NCBI GenBank assembly: GCA_964400255.1
Contig: CAYNTR010000001.1
Span: 1 to 61,064 of the forward strand
Direction: 5' to 3'
DNA: 61,064 nt
DNA from: an uncultured Halobacteria archaeon
Lineage (GTDB): Archaea; Halobacteriota; Syntropharchaeia; Alkanophagales; Methanospirareceae
A program made the translations under genes and the position numbers. The notes beneath the pieces were generated by a model, which saw only the letters and a program-made list of their open reading frames with translations, was not told the DNA's origin and did not search any database. Positions 36,913 through 45,918 of this stretch are shown here, in pieces (positions within the stretch are counted from its first letter, which is position 1; each line of letters starts with the position of its first letter).

Positions 36913-38371
36913 CTATACCACCTCTTTCTTTTATTTTCAAATATTTATCATGGTCTATTTCAGTGATGGACTGGGGAGCGCCTCTTAATATATCGTTTTC
37001 TATCAAATCATTTAGTATCAATGGGTTTTCTATATAGAAATGCCAACTGAAAAATATTAGTAACGTGGGCTTTTTTGCCATTTCTTTAATTTCTTCATAA
37101 GTATACACGCTTCTTTTTCCCACATATCGCATTATTTCGTTTTTTGTTAAATTACCTCTGTAAACCCTTTCAACAACTCCCAGAGCAGTTATACTGCTCA
37201 TATCACCGGAGCGATAAAACAAAACAACATCTCCACTATTGATTTTTATGCTTCTTGAATGAGAAAGATATGCTTTTTTTATCGTGTTTCCTTCAACAAT
37301 GAATTGCCCGAGATATTCAGGTAAGGTTGATTGCCTTTTATAATCCGTGAATAATCTATCATGGTATTCTGGACGAATCGGAATTACGAATTTATTTACC
37401 TTTCTTCCATCATATAACGACGGGTAGTATTTCTTGCAGATTTCTTGGTATGCTATCTCGGTTCCTTCATCCGGTTTTAATTTCTTTAGATAGACTTCTT
37501 CTCCTCTTTCATTCACAGCTGCTCGGTAGAACCCGAATTCAGTTATCAATTCGATCAAGAGGTCATTTTCTTTTGTGAAGTGTGTTAGATACATTTCGTC
37601 GATATTGTTTCGTACACATAGATTTACAGTCAGTTTGATAAAAAGCTCGCCAATTTTATAACCTGTATGAGAAACTTTCATGGTGGATATCTTTAATCTT
37701 CTTTTTTTAGGTAACGGTGGAATGGAATCAATAGCTTCCTCTTCAATCTTATAGATAAGTAAAGCACCGATCTTGTGATTGCCGTAGTATACCCAGCATT
37801 TTCTCCCTTCCCTGGAAATTTTATTAAACCATTGTTCAAATTCACCATACTCCTTTTTCAATGAGTCGAAAAATGGATCTTTGATATCCAAGTTATGCAC
37901 TGGAACTTTCTGGATTGCCGGAGGTGGTGTCACATCGGTATTCAAATATCTCTTTAAAAAAACTAAGCCATCCTCGATGTTAAACACGCGATCATCGACT
38001 CCAATTTTCTTAGATTTCGTGTATATGCCCCTATCTTCTGTTACTAGAAAATCGATTGCGTTTTTATAAAGGCTAAAAAGCAATGCATTATCCACACGTT
38101 CATTATGGCTCTGTGGCACCCCAACTATTGACACAAAATCAGGGTCAGGGTCTATTGGGGACTCCAAATATCTATAGGTTTTTATTTTAGAGAGAATAAC
38201 TCCTTTTCTCTTTTCATCTTTATCTCGATAAATCTCGCTAACAGAAAGAGGGTGGATCAAAATCTCCGCTTTCAGCTCACTTAAAAGTCTCAATAGTTCC
38301 TGCAAATTGTCAGGGAGAACATTGTTATCCTCTCTGTATATGAAAATATTTGTATCTATCAAGACTCTCAT
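36890..38371 (-). CDS. PIN / GNAT-like / PUA-like three-module fusion protein
   Basis: The PIN module has MRVLIDTNIFIY and LVTEDRG. The central region has a GNAT-like loop (MKVSHTGYKIGELFIKL, EFGFY). The C-terminal beta-rich module has KFVIPIRPEYHDRLF and SGDVVLFYRSGDMSSITALGVVERVY. The PIN call is solid. The other two are inferences from motif shape. Confidence 0.55.
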   Translation of the reverse strand: MRVLIDTNIFIYREDNNVLPDNLQELLRLLSELKAEILIHPLSVSEIYRDKDEKRKGVILSKIKTYRYLESPIDPDPDFVSIVGVPQSHNERVDNALLFSLYKNAIDFLVTEDRGIYTKSKKIGVDDRVFNIEDGLVFLKRYLNTDVTPPPAIQKVPVHNLDIKDPFFDSLKKEYGEFEQWFNKISREGRKCWVYYGNHKIGALLIYKIEEEAIDSIPPLPKKRRLKISTMKVSHTGYKIGELFIKLTVNLCVRNNIDEMYLTHFTKENDLLIELITEFGFYRAAVNERGEEVYLKKLKPDEGTEIAYQEICKKYYPSLYDGRKVNKFVIPIRPEYHDRLFTDYKRQSTLPEYLGQFIVEGNTIKKAYLSHSRSIKINSGDVVLFYRSGDMSSITALGVVERVYRGNLTKNEIMRYVGKRSVYTYEEIKEMAKKPTLLIFFSWHFYIENPLILNDLIENDILRGAPQSITEIDHDKYLKIKERGGIDGHFTFD

Positions 38372-39486
38372 GATACTCCCTCCATCATCTTCTTTCCCTT
38401 CTCCTTTTCCAAATCGCCTTCCACCTCTTCTAAGAGCCCTGCCAATTGCCGTGGGTCCGGCAGTTGACCGCTGAGTTCTTTCGGCAGTTTAAGCGTGAGC
38501 TTGTATTCGGATACTCCAATGGGTTTGCTCATATCCCTGAGTGAGTATTCTGCGATAAGCCCCTTTTTTGTCTTGCATAATATGATCCCGACAGAAGGCT
38601 GGTCATCTGGGTGCCGCACCATGTCGTCCAGTGCCGAGAGGTAGAAGTTCATCTTCCCGGCGTATTCCGGCATGAACTCGCTCATCTTCAGGTCGACGGC
38701 CACCAGACACCGCAACCGATGGTGGTAGAAAAGCAGATCAATATAAAAATCGCGCTCTGCCACTTCCAGGTGGTACTGGTTGCCCATGAAGGCGAATCCC
38801 ACGCCCAGCTCGAGCAGGAACTCTGTGAGCTTTTCCCGCAACGCCTTCTCGAGATCGCGCTCCTTTGCATCCCTCGCAATGGTGATGAAATCGAAGATGT
38901 ACGGGTCTTTAATCGCCTGTTCCACCAGTTCAGATTGTGGCGATGGGAGCGTCTGTGGGAAATTGGTAGTTTTGGCGGCAACAGCCTGCCTTCCATAAAG
39001 GTCGCTCTCTATCTGGTGAACCAGGACATTGCGGCTCCAGCCGTTCATCTTGGTCTGCTCTGCATACCATAAACGCTCCTTAGAATTTTTAACTTTCTCC
39101 AGCAAAACCACATTATGCCCCCATGGAATTTCTGCGACAGCTTGTGGCAGATTTACAACGTCAATATCTCGCACAAGTTGTGCGAGTTTCTCAACATCTT
39201 CAGAATATGCCAAATAAAACGCGCGCATCCGCCAGATATTGCTTGGAGAGAACCCCTTCACATCTGGAAACTCCCGCCGTAGATCCCGAGCCAACTGCTC
39301 CACAACACCTTTACCCCAGCTCGTTTCCTCCTGTTTCTCAACTATACTTTTACCAATATCCCAGTAAAGAGCAATTAACTCCCTGTTAACAGACAAAACC
39401 GCTTTGGTCTGGGCAATTCTAATACGCTCTTTCAGTTCGTCGAGGAATTCTGGATACCCGGATCGTTCTATCAGCTCAGAATCCAT
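38368..39486 (-). CDS. DUF1016 / YhcG-family PD-(D/E)xK nuclease
   Basis: The family signature is AQTKAVLSVNRELIALYWDIGKSI...WGKGVVEQLARDLRREFPDVKGFSPSNIWRMRAFYLAY. The nuclease core is DLLFYHHRLRCLVAVDLK. Confidence 0.85.
   Translation of the reverse strand: MDSELIERSGYPEFLDELKERIRIAQTKAVLSVNRELIALYWDIGKSIVEKQEETSWGKGVVEQLARDLRREFPDVKGFSPSNIWRMRAFYLAYSEDVEKLAQLVRDIDVVNLPQAVAEIPWGHNVVLLEKVKNSKERLWYAEQTKMNGWSRNVLVHQIESDLYGRQAVAAKTTNFPQTLPSPQSELVEQAIKDPYIFDFITIARDAKERDLEKALREKLTEFLLELGVGFAFMGNQYHLEVAERDFYIDLLFYHHRLRCLVAVDLKMSEFMPEYAGKMNFYLSALDDMVRHPDDQPSVGIILCKTKKGLIAEYSLRDMSKPIGVSEYKLTLKLPKELSGQLPDPRQLAGLLEEVEGDLEKEKGKKMMEGVS
38379..38403. repeat. Junction repeat C (..EKGKKMMEG at the DUF1016 3' end)
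   Basis: The 25-mer CCTCCATCATCTTCTTTCCCTTCTC is identical to 39496-39520. Confidence 0.9.
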
Positions 39487-40630
39487 ACCCCAGCTCCTCC
39501 ATCATCTTCTTTCCCTTCTCAGTAATTACATATCTCTGCTTGCTGCTTCGGGGCTTATCCGGGATGGTCATGGCCAACCATCCGGCCTCCAGAGCAGGCA
39601 GGATATATGCTTTCCGAAGATGCCATCGATCCACAAGCGCCAGTATCTTCTGAATCTCCTCCCGGGATTTCGGCTCTGCACAGGCAGCCAGCATCGTTCT
39701 AACTTGTGGGGTAACTTGTGGGGTAACTTGTGGCCTTCTATCGAATATAACGGTGAAGAACGAGGTGAACTCATACCGGGGCTCGGGTAGGCCGCTGGAG
39801 ACCATCATCTCTTTCATCCGGGTTATGCCCGACCCTATCTTTTCCACCGCTCCGATCCGGTGGAAGAAATCGGCGATCATCGCGTTCCTGCGCACGCTCT
39901 TCTTACCGAGGTCTTCCGGTTTCATTCCCGGTGGTAACCCGCCGGGATCGGCTATCTCCACCCGGTCCCGGTACACCTCTACAGAAATGTTCGCGGACTC
40001 GAAATGGTAGTCACGATGCATGACGGAATTGAGCACCGCCTCACGGAGGACCTCTTCCGGAATCTCCAGAATCTCCTTCCTTTTCAAGCCGGTAATCTCA
40101 TATTTCAATGGCAGATGCATCTTCAGGAAGAGCATTGCCTGCTTCACATTTTCCATGAGATTGCCTTTCAGCTCTTTTCTATCCAGAATATCAACCTTGT
40201 CCGTACCCGCGAGTAACACACAATCGACGGTAGCATGCCTCAGAAATCGTATCGGCTCCCGGGCAAAGAAGAGAACGCCAGTATTCGTGAATAGCAACCT
40301 TTCGTCGTGCTGTTTTGCAACACCGAGATTTACGAGAACATCCTCGGTACTCATGCCGGTGGATGATACCCCTGCACTATCCAAAATCTTCAAAGGTACC
40401 GGAGGATCACAGCCCCGAGCAATACTTTCCAGCTTTGAAATCTGGCTATTAATGTTTGAAACGCCCACAACCTTCCTATCATTATCCATCCCCACGAGGA
40501 TATGACCTCCCCCGGAATTGGCGAATGCCACCATCTCACGATTGATCGAACTGGAAACTGATCGTTTATACTCTATAAACTGACCCTCCGGCTGAGAGAG
40601 CATCATGTCCAAGCTCTTCTCAGAACCCAT
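39476..40630 (-). CDS. AlbA_2 (Schlafen-like) plus HATPase_c_4 plus wHTH protein
   Basis: The AlbA_2 domain is shown by [10 protein letters not shown]....[29 protein letters not shown]. The HATPase_c_4 domain is shown by [41 protein letters not shown]. The C-terminus looks like a wHTH. Confidence 0.75.
   Translation of the reverse strand: MGSEKSLDMMLSQPEGQFIEYKRSVSSSINREMVAFANSGGGHILVGMDNDRKVVGVSNINSQISKLESIARGCDPPVPLKILDSAGVSSTGMSTEDVLVNLGVAKQHDERLLFTNTGVLFFAREPIRFLRHATVDCVLLAGTDKVDILDRKELKGNLMENVKQAMLFLKMHLPLKYEITGLKRKEILEIPEEVLREAVLNSVMHRDYHFESANISVEVYRDRVEIADPGGLPPGMKPEDLGKKSVRRNAMIADFFHRIGAVEKIGSGITRMKEMMVSSGLPEPRYEFTSFFTVIFDRRPQVTPQVTPQVRTMLAACAEPKSREEIQKILALVDRWHLRKAYILPALEAGWLAMTIPDKPRSSKQRYVITEKGKKMMEELGYGF
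39477..39520. repeat. Junction repeat B (..[13 protein letters not shown] fused to MDSE)
   Basis: The first 23 nt match junction A at 22 of 23. The last 25 nt are identical to junction C. Confidence 0.9.
39699..39734. repeat. In-frame 12-bp x 3 tandem repeat
   Basis: (G/C)TAACTTGTGGG repeated three times on the plus strand encodes [11 protein letters not shown] in the AlbA_2 protein linker. Confidence 0.9.
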
Positions 40631-42200
40631 ACCCCAGCTCCTCTAAATTCGCTTTTATCTCGTCCCTGAGACCCTCTGCTCGCTCAAACTGCGCGGCAAG
40701 TTCTGCAACAAGTCGTTGCATTTTCTCCTCAAACGGCTCATCGTCGTCCTCGACCTCTTCCGTGCCAACGTACCGACCCGGGGTGAGCACGTACCCGTTT
40801 TTTCTTATCTCATCGAGAGTAGCGACCTTACAGAAACCCGGAGCGTTTTCGTACTCCCGCATTCCTGCTTCACCGCGATGCGCGTGGTAGGTATCCGCAA
40901 TTTGCTTGATCTGCTCATCTGTCAACTCGTTGTGCGTCCGGTCCACTTTCCGGAAGAGCTTGCGTGCATCGATGAATAACGTTTCACCTCTACGGTTGCG
41001 CTGCTCATTTTGCGCTTTGTTCTTGGTGACGAACCATAAACAGGCCGGAATGCCCGTGGTATAAAACAACTGCATGGGCAATGCGATCACGCAATCCACG
41101 AGATCCTCCTCAATGATCTTCTTCCGAATCTCGCCTTCGATACCGCCCACGGACATCGAGCCGTTCGCCATCACAAATCCAGCAATCCCGTTGGGCGCTA
41201 AATGATAGATGAAATGCTGGATCCACAGGTAATTAGCGCTTGAATTTGGTGGCGTGCCGTATTTGAGCCGGACGTCACCCTGCACCCGGTCAACGCCCCA
41301 CTCGCTCACGTTGAACGGCGGATTCGCGAGAATACAGTCGGCACGCAAATCCTTGAATTTGTCGTCCCAGTAGCTGTTCCCGAGCTGGATGTTGCCCTCA
41401 ATACTCCGAATGGCGAGGTTCATCTTACAGATCCGCCAGGTCGTATCGATACTTTCCTGCCCGAAGATCGAGATATCGGCCCGCTTGCCGCCGTGTGCTT
41501 GGATGAACTTGATGCTCTGGACGAACATGCCGCCGGAGCCACACGCAGGGTCGAATATGCGGCCGCGATAGGGCTCCATCATTTCAACCAGGAGTTTGAC
41601 GATGCAGCGCGGCGTGTAAAACTCGCCACCTCCTTTGCCTTCCTGTTGCGCAAACCGCCCGATGAAATATTCGTAGACACGGCCGAGGATGTCTTTCGCG
41701 ATCGCATCGACGGTTCCAAACCCGATCGTGCTGAAGAGGTTGATGATCTCACCTAACGTAAGATAATCGATATTCGACCGTGCATAGATCTTTGGGAGGA
41801 CACCGCGGAACTGCTTCGGGTTCTCCTTTTCGATCGCTACCATAGCGTTGTCCACCAGCTTGCCAAGATTTAGATTCGTCGCATTCGCCATTAAAGACGA
41901 CCACCGGGCCTCTGGCGGCACCCAGAAGATGTTCTCGCTGAGATATTCGTCTTTCTCTTCAAGTGCATCGGAGATGCCGTAGTATTCGAGGTTTCCGGGA
42001 TCTTTCACCGCTCGGTTCAGATACTGCTGCCGCTCGACAAAGGCATCGGAGATGTATTTCAAGAAAATAAGACCCAGTACGATGTGTTTATATTCGGCGG
42101 ACTCGACGCTCCCGCGCAGTTTGTCCGCAGCCTTCCAGAGCGATTCGGCGAAATTGAGGTCGCCATTCTCGTTCGATTGTTGCGGTTTTTTGTTGGGCAT
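40620..42200 (-). CDS. hsdM: Type I R-M N6-adenine DNA methyltransferase subunit
   Basis: HsdM_N region, AdoMet motif ([10 protein letters not shown]) and catalytic NPPF. Confidence 0.95.
   Translation of the reverse strand: MPNKKPQQSNENGDLNFAESLWKAADKLRGSVESAEYKHIVLGLIFLKYISDAFVERQQYLNRAVKDPGNLEYYGISDALEEKDEYLSENIFWVPPEARWSSLMANATNLNLGKLVDNAMVAIEKENPKQFRGVLPKIYARSNIDYLTLGEIINLFSTIGFGTVDAIAKDILGRVYEYFIGRFAQQEGKGGGEFYTPRCIVKLLVEMMEPYRGRIFDPACGSGGMFVQSIKFIQAHGGKRADISIFGQESIDTTWRICKMNLAIRSIEGNIQLGNSYWDDKFKDLRADCILANPPFNVSEWGVDRVQGDVRLKYGTPPNSSANYLWIQHFIYHLAPNGIAGFVMANGSMSVGGIEGEIRKKIIEEDLVDCVIALPMQLFYTTGIPACLWFVTKNKAQNEQRNRRGETLFIDARKLFRKVDRTHNELTDEQIKQIADTYHAHRGEAGMREYENAPGFCKVATLDEIRKNGYVLTPGRYVGTEEVEDDDEPFEEKMQRLVAELAAQFERAEGLRDEIKANLEELGYGF
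40621..40643. repeat. Junction repeat A (hsdM ..EELGYGF* fused to MGSE of the next gene)
   Basis: CAGAACCCATACCCCAGCTCCTC is the reference copy of the junction motif. Confidence 0.9.
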
Positions 42201-42320
42201 GGAGGTTCACCGTTAAAGTTAAGAGGTTAGTTTCTTTTCTTATCTCTATGTACTGTCCACAGCGTACTTATATCTTTCCATTCTTCGCATCTTTTTTAGC
42301 TTCGAACCCTTAACTAACAG

Positions 42321-43730
42321 ATGCTGAGTACGAAAATGATCCTCATTCGACCGACGAGAAGCATCTGCCCCGTCTGTTACCGTCCGATAGATGCAACTGT
42401 CTACGAAGCGAACAGCGCCGTATGGATCGCGAAAAGTTGTGAAGAGCACGGCACGTTCAAAGATCTCTGCTGGTCTGATTCTCAGCTTTATCAGCAATTC
42501 CAAGCGCGAGATTTAGAAGGAGCAGGCAACCGAAGCCAAGGGATTGCAGAACAGAGCGAAGAATGCCCCTTCGCCTGCGGCCTGTGCCCACAGCACGGCT
42601 CTTCCACTGTTCTGGGAGTGATCGATGTGACTGAGCGCTGCAACCTGAGCTGCCCAACCTGCTTTGCAAAGAGTGATACTAATGACGCTGACACAGACCT
42701 TCCGCAAGAGAAAATCAAAGCAATAATCGACAATTTTGCTTCGAATACCAACGCTTCCGGATTGCAGTTCAGTGGTGGTGAGCCCACGCTCCGAGTTGAC
42801 CTCCCGGAGCTAATTAAATACGCACGCACCAAATTCGAGCACGTGGAAGTGAACACGAACGGCGTGAAGATGGCTGCGAGCGTGGACTATTGCAGTGAGT
42901 TAGAATCAGCAGGCTTGAGTGTGGTGTATCTTCAGTTCGATGGCGTTACTGAGGAGCCCTATGAAAAATTAAGAGGGCGAAACCTGCTTGACGTTAAGCT
43001 CAAAGCAATCGAGAACCATCGCAGCGCAGGCCCGAAACCCGCGATCGTACTCGTGCCGACCATCGTCAAAGGCGTAAACGACGATCAGATTGGTGATATA
43101 ATACGGTTCGCTATTGAGAACAGCGACATTATCCGTGGCGTCAATTTTCAGCCGGTGTCGTTCTGCGGTCGAACCTCACACGATCATAACGACCGGATAA
43201 CAGTCTCTGATGTCATTCATAAGGTCGAAGACCAAACAGGGTTTCTTCGGACCGATGATTTTTATCCACCATCCGTGATGAGCGTGCTGCTCGGTACGTT
43301 GGGCAAATCAGAAGTGGGCTGCCATTTCTCCTGCGGCGCGTTCTCTTATCTCGTGCTCACTCAAGAGAAAAATGGGACAAAAGTAGAGCCGATAACGAAG
43401 TACGTGGACATTGAGAAATTAGCCGTCGCATACCAGAAAACTAGAAAGATACCGCTCTTAACCGCACTAAGAAGTCTCCATCCCGGTCTGTTAAAAGAGC
43501 TCTTTATCAGCTTCATCAAAAGCAGCGATTACGAAGACTTGAGCGACCTCCATTTTAATCTGCTCTTCATCGGCGCGATGCATTTCATGGACCCCTACAA
43601 CTTCGATTGCGCACGAGTCCGGAAATGTGTAGTTCACTATGGGCTGCCCGATGGGAGAATCGTGCCCTTCTGCGCTTACAATACCATACACAGGAATGGG
43701 AAAAATCCAAATCACACAAACGTCCTTTAA
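42321..43730 (+). CDS. Radical SAM protein, MJ0619/Tes (tetraether lipid synthase)-like
   Basis: N-terminal zinc ribbon (ICPVCYRPIDA...CEEHG), CPFACGLCPQH, the radical SAM triad CNLSCPTCF, and a C-terminal MHFMDPYNFDCARVRKCVVHY..PDGRIVPFCAYN. An alternative ATG lies at 42336. The family recall comes from memory, not a search. Confidence 0.5.
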   Translation: MLSTKMILIRPTRSICPVCYRPIDATVYEANSAVWIAKSCEEHGTFKDLCWSDSQLYQQFQARDLEGAGNRSQGIAEQSEECPFACGLCPQHGSSTVLGVIDVTERCNLSCPTCFAKSDTNDADTDLPQEKIKAIIDNFASNTNASGLQFSGGEPTLRVDLPELIKYARTKFEHVEVNTNGVKMAASVDYCSELESAGLSVVYLQFDGVTEEPYEKLRGRNLLDVKLKAIENHRSAGPKPAIVLVPTIVKGVNDDQIGDIIRFAIENSDIIRGVNFQPVSFCGRTSHDHNDRITVSDVIHKVEDQTGFLRTDDFYPPSVMSVLLGTLGKSEVGCHFSCGAFSYLVLTQEKNGTKVEPITKYVDIEKLAVAYQKTRKIPLLTALRSLHPGLLKELFISFIKSSDYEDLSDLHFNLLFIGAMHFMDPYNFDCARVRKCVVHYGLPDGRIVPFCAYNTIHRNGKNPNHTNVL

Positions 43731-43737
43731 CGAACGT

Positions 43738-44754
43738 TTAAAGGAGCAACCCGGTTGTATGCTCTGCATTACCGACTGATTTGCCGAGATCTTCTGAGCT
43801 CATCGTTTCCCCTGTTTTCTTATTTGCCAGTTTGAGCTCAGAGATACGTGCGGGATATTCGTTGTAGGTTAAGTTATTAGGAATAATGCCGAAAATTCTT
43901 CTCCTGAATGCCCATGACGAGTGGGAATAAGCATTCACAATGAAGTGTATTCGTTCATGCTCGTTCTCTCCTGATACCGTAAAAGTGGGCATAGTCTCTC
44001 CGGATACCGTTAATTTTATGTCAGTGAACTCGTGCAGTTTGGTGCCGTCAAAGAACGATATTTCTTTCTTAACAGCTTTGCCCAGCAAATGCAGCTTGAA
44101 GTACGTCAGAACACCCCCATTCTCGAAATGGAATATGCCCCAGTACCACGGTATTGCGGGTGCAGTCACAAAAACACGCTGGAAATAAGCACTCCCCTGA
44201 ATTGGGTTATTCCTGACTTTCCCGCGTAACTCCAGATGATTTAATCGTAGTATCGAATACCCCATGTTGCCCAGGTACGTGTGCGAACGATAGCTGGGCA
44301 TCGTAAAATTGTGGTTATTCCCTGCTTGTGCAATAAATTCAAAATCATCGCCAATTTTTACGGTGTTCTTAGTCTTGGTTATAGAAAAACAAGTGGGAGT
44401 ACGAGAATCCGAGAAGAGTCCCCTTTCAGACACCTGTATACTGCACTGCTCAAGAAGAAAGTTGTGGTGCATCTGTTCTCCATCAAAATACCAGGCAGCG
44501 ACAGCGCCATCAAGAGTGCTCCGGTCCATAGGATGATGGTTCAATCTAATTTTCAGGTTGTTGCACTCGATCGCTCGCACGTTCTTCGTGGACCAGAGGA
44601 TCATTAATTGCTGCGGGGTTGCGGGATTTTCTGGATTGTTGAAGAAGAACAACCAAAACCACCACCACCACGCGCCACGAGGCATGGGCTCGTTTTGTAT
44701 CGCAAAAACTCTCTGTTCTAAGTCACTTAACGTCGCGTTACTTTTGCGTTCCAT
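43738..44754 (-). CDS. Hypothetical Trp-rich beta-type protein (possibly CrtC/AttH-like lipocalin-fold)
   Basis: 338 aa. PRGAWWWWFWLFFFNNPEN near the N-terminus and WYWGIFHFENGG later on. Function unknown. Confidence 0.35.
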   Translation of the reverse strand: MERKSNATLSDLEQRVFAIQNEPMPRGAWWWWFWLFFFNNPENPATPQQLMILWSTKNVRAIECNNLKIRLNHHPMDRSTLDGAVAAWYFDGEQMHHNFLLEQCSIQVSERGLFSDSRTPTCFSITKTKNTVKIGDDFEFIAQAGNNHNFTMPSYRSHTYLGNMGYSILRLNHLELRGKVRNNPIQGSAYFQRVFVTAPAIPWYWGIFHFENGGVLTYFKLHLLGKAVKKEISFFDGTKLHEFTDIKLTVSGETMPTFTVSGENEHERIHFIVNAYSHSSWAFRRRIFGIIPNNLTYNEYPARISELKLANKKTGETMSSEDLGKSVGNAEHTTGLLL

Positions 44755-44977
44755 TTTTCATCGATCAGGTGCTTTGCAGATACCGAAGGTTTATTCCTCT
44801 CCAGTCTCGTCACGAGCACGGCATTTCTAGTATAGACGCTGCCCCCGTACCTATCGCTTCTTTTTGGAGGGGTCTACTCACTACCACTTAACCTACTTTA
44901 AAGTCGCGGAATATGATGAATTTTTACCTTTTCTGAAAAGTTTCAAATCTTTTGATGCGTGGCTTCTGTTATTTCTT

Positions 44978-45811
44978 TTACCCGTACATGTACTGATCCG
45001 GTTCCGCGCCGACACCCTCGCCCCGATACGCTGCTTTTGCTCGCTCGCGTTGCTCTCGTATCCGTGCTTCAACGGCTTCTGCACTCTGCTTAAATCGCTC
45101 TTCGATCTCGCTCGTGTCTATCTCCAGCCCGGACAAGTGCTTCAAAGCTCGCAGCGCGCGTGCACACGCTCTCAAATCTTCCGGATAGCTGCCAACGCCA
45201 AGAATAGAATAACTCTCAATGCTCAGCTTAGCGGCAAAACCAGGAAGTAGGCCGGTCTTTCGAATGATCGTATACCGTCCAATGGTTTTTCTCGTCATCT
45301 TTTTCATGCGATTCGAAAGTTCTTTCTTCGCGCCCTCAAAACAGCCGATATACGCTTCCAACTCCTCTTTCCGCCCTCTAAACGGTTCTTGCGACGGGAG
45401 GATGACACCGATGGTGTAGAGCTCCTTAACATAAAGCTCGCGTGCGAGGTGCGCCACGCCCTCAGCCTGTTTATACGCTGATTTAGGGATATATTCGGTC
45501 TCGGGATATTTCCCAACATAGCAGAACAAACGTTTCTCCGCACTGTACCACAGCTCGTCATGCGGGATCTCGAATTCGTCGTCTCGGGCCTCGACCATCG
45601 GCGGGAAATCATACGAATACAAACTCATGATCTTCTCAGAATCCGTTAAAAGCTCCTTCAAATGATATGGTATGATATTCCCCATGGGCGGAAAGCCAGC
45701 TACGAAAATATTCTCACGACCCTTTATCTTCTCTTTAAATTTCTCGGCATCGACATTCCAGTAATAACTGAACTCCTCGATTTCAAAACGTTCTGTTCCA
45801 AAAACGCTCAT
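44978..45811 (-). CDS. PAC2-family proteasome assembly chaperone / PbaA-like
   Basis: 277 aa with a PAC2-like core and a helical C-terminal extension ending in an HbYX tripeptide (..QYMYG). Confidence 0.5.
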   Translation of the reverse strand: MSVFGTERFEIEEFSYYWNVDAEKFKEKIKGRENIFVAGFPPMGNIIPYHLKELLTDSEKIMSLYSYDFPPMVEARDDEFEIPHDELWYSAEKRLFCYVGKYPETEYIPKSAYKQAEGVAHLARELYVKELYTIGVILPSQEPFRGRKEELEAYIGCFEGAKKELSNRMKKMTRKTIGRYTIIRKTGLLPGFAAKLSIESYSILGVGSYPEDLRACARALRALKHLSGLEIDTSEIEERFKQSAEAVEARIREQRERAKAAYRGEGVGAEPDQYMYG

Positions 45812-45918
45812 TACATACCTATTAATCCCCGAAGCTATTTATATCATTTGCTGGTTATAAGTTGTTGGCTGATGAGACGTATTACACGGGATTCTCAATG
45901 CCAAAGTAGAGCTTGACA

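Noticed and set aside
42246-42503. 85-aa minus-strand ORF across the hsdM/radical-SAM intergenic region.
   Set aside because: It overlaps the radical SAM gene's conserved N-terminal zinc-ribbon coding region on the opposite strand and has no recognisable features.
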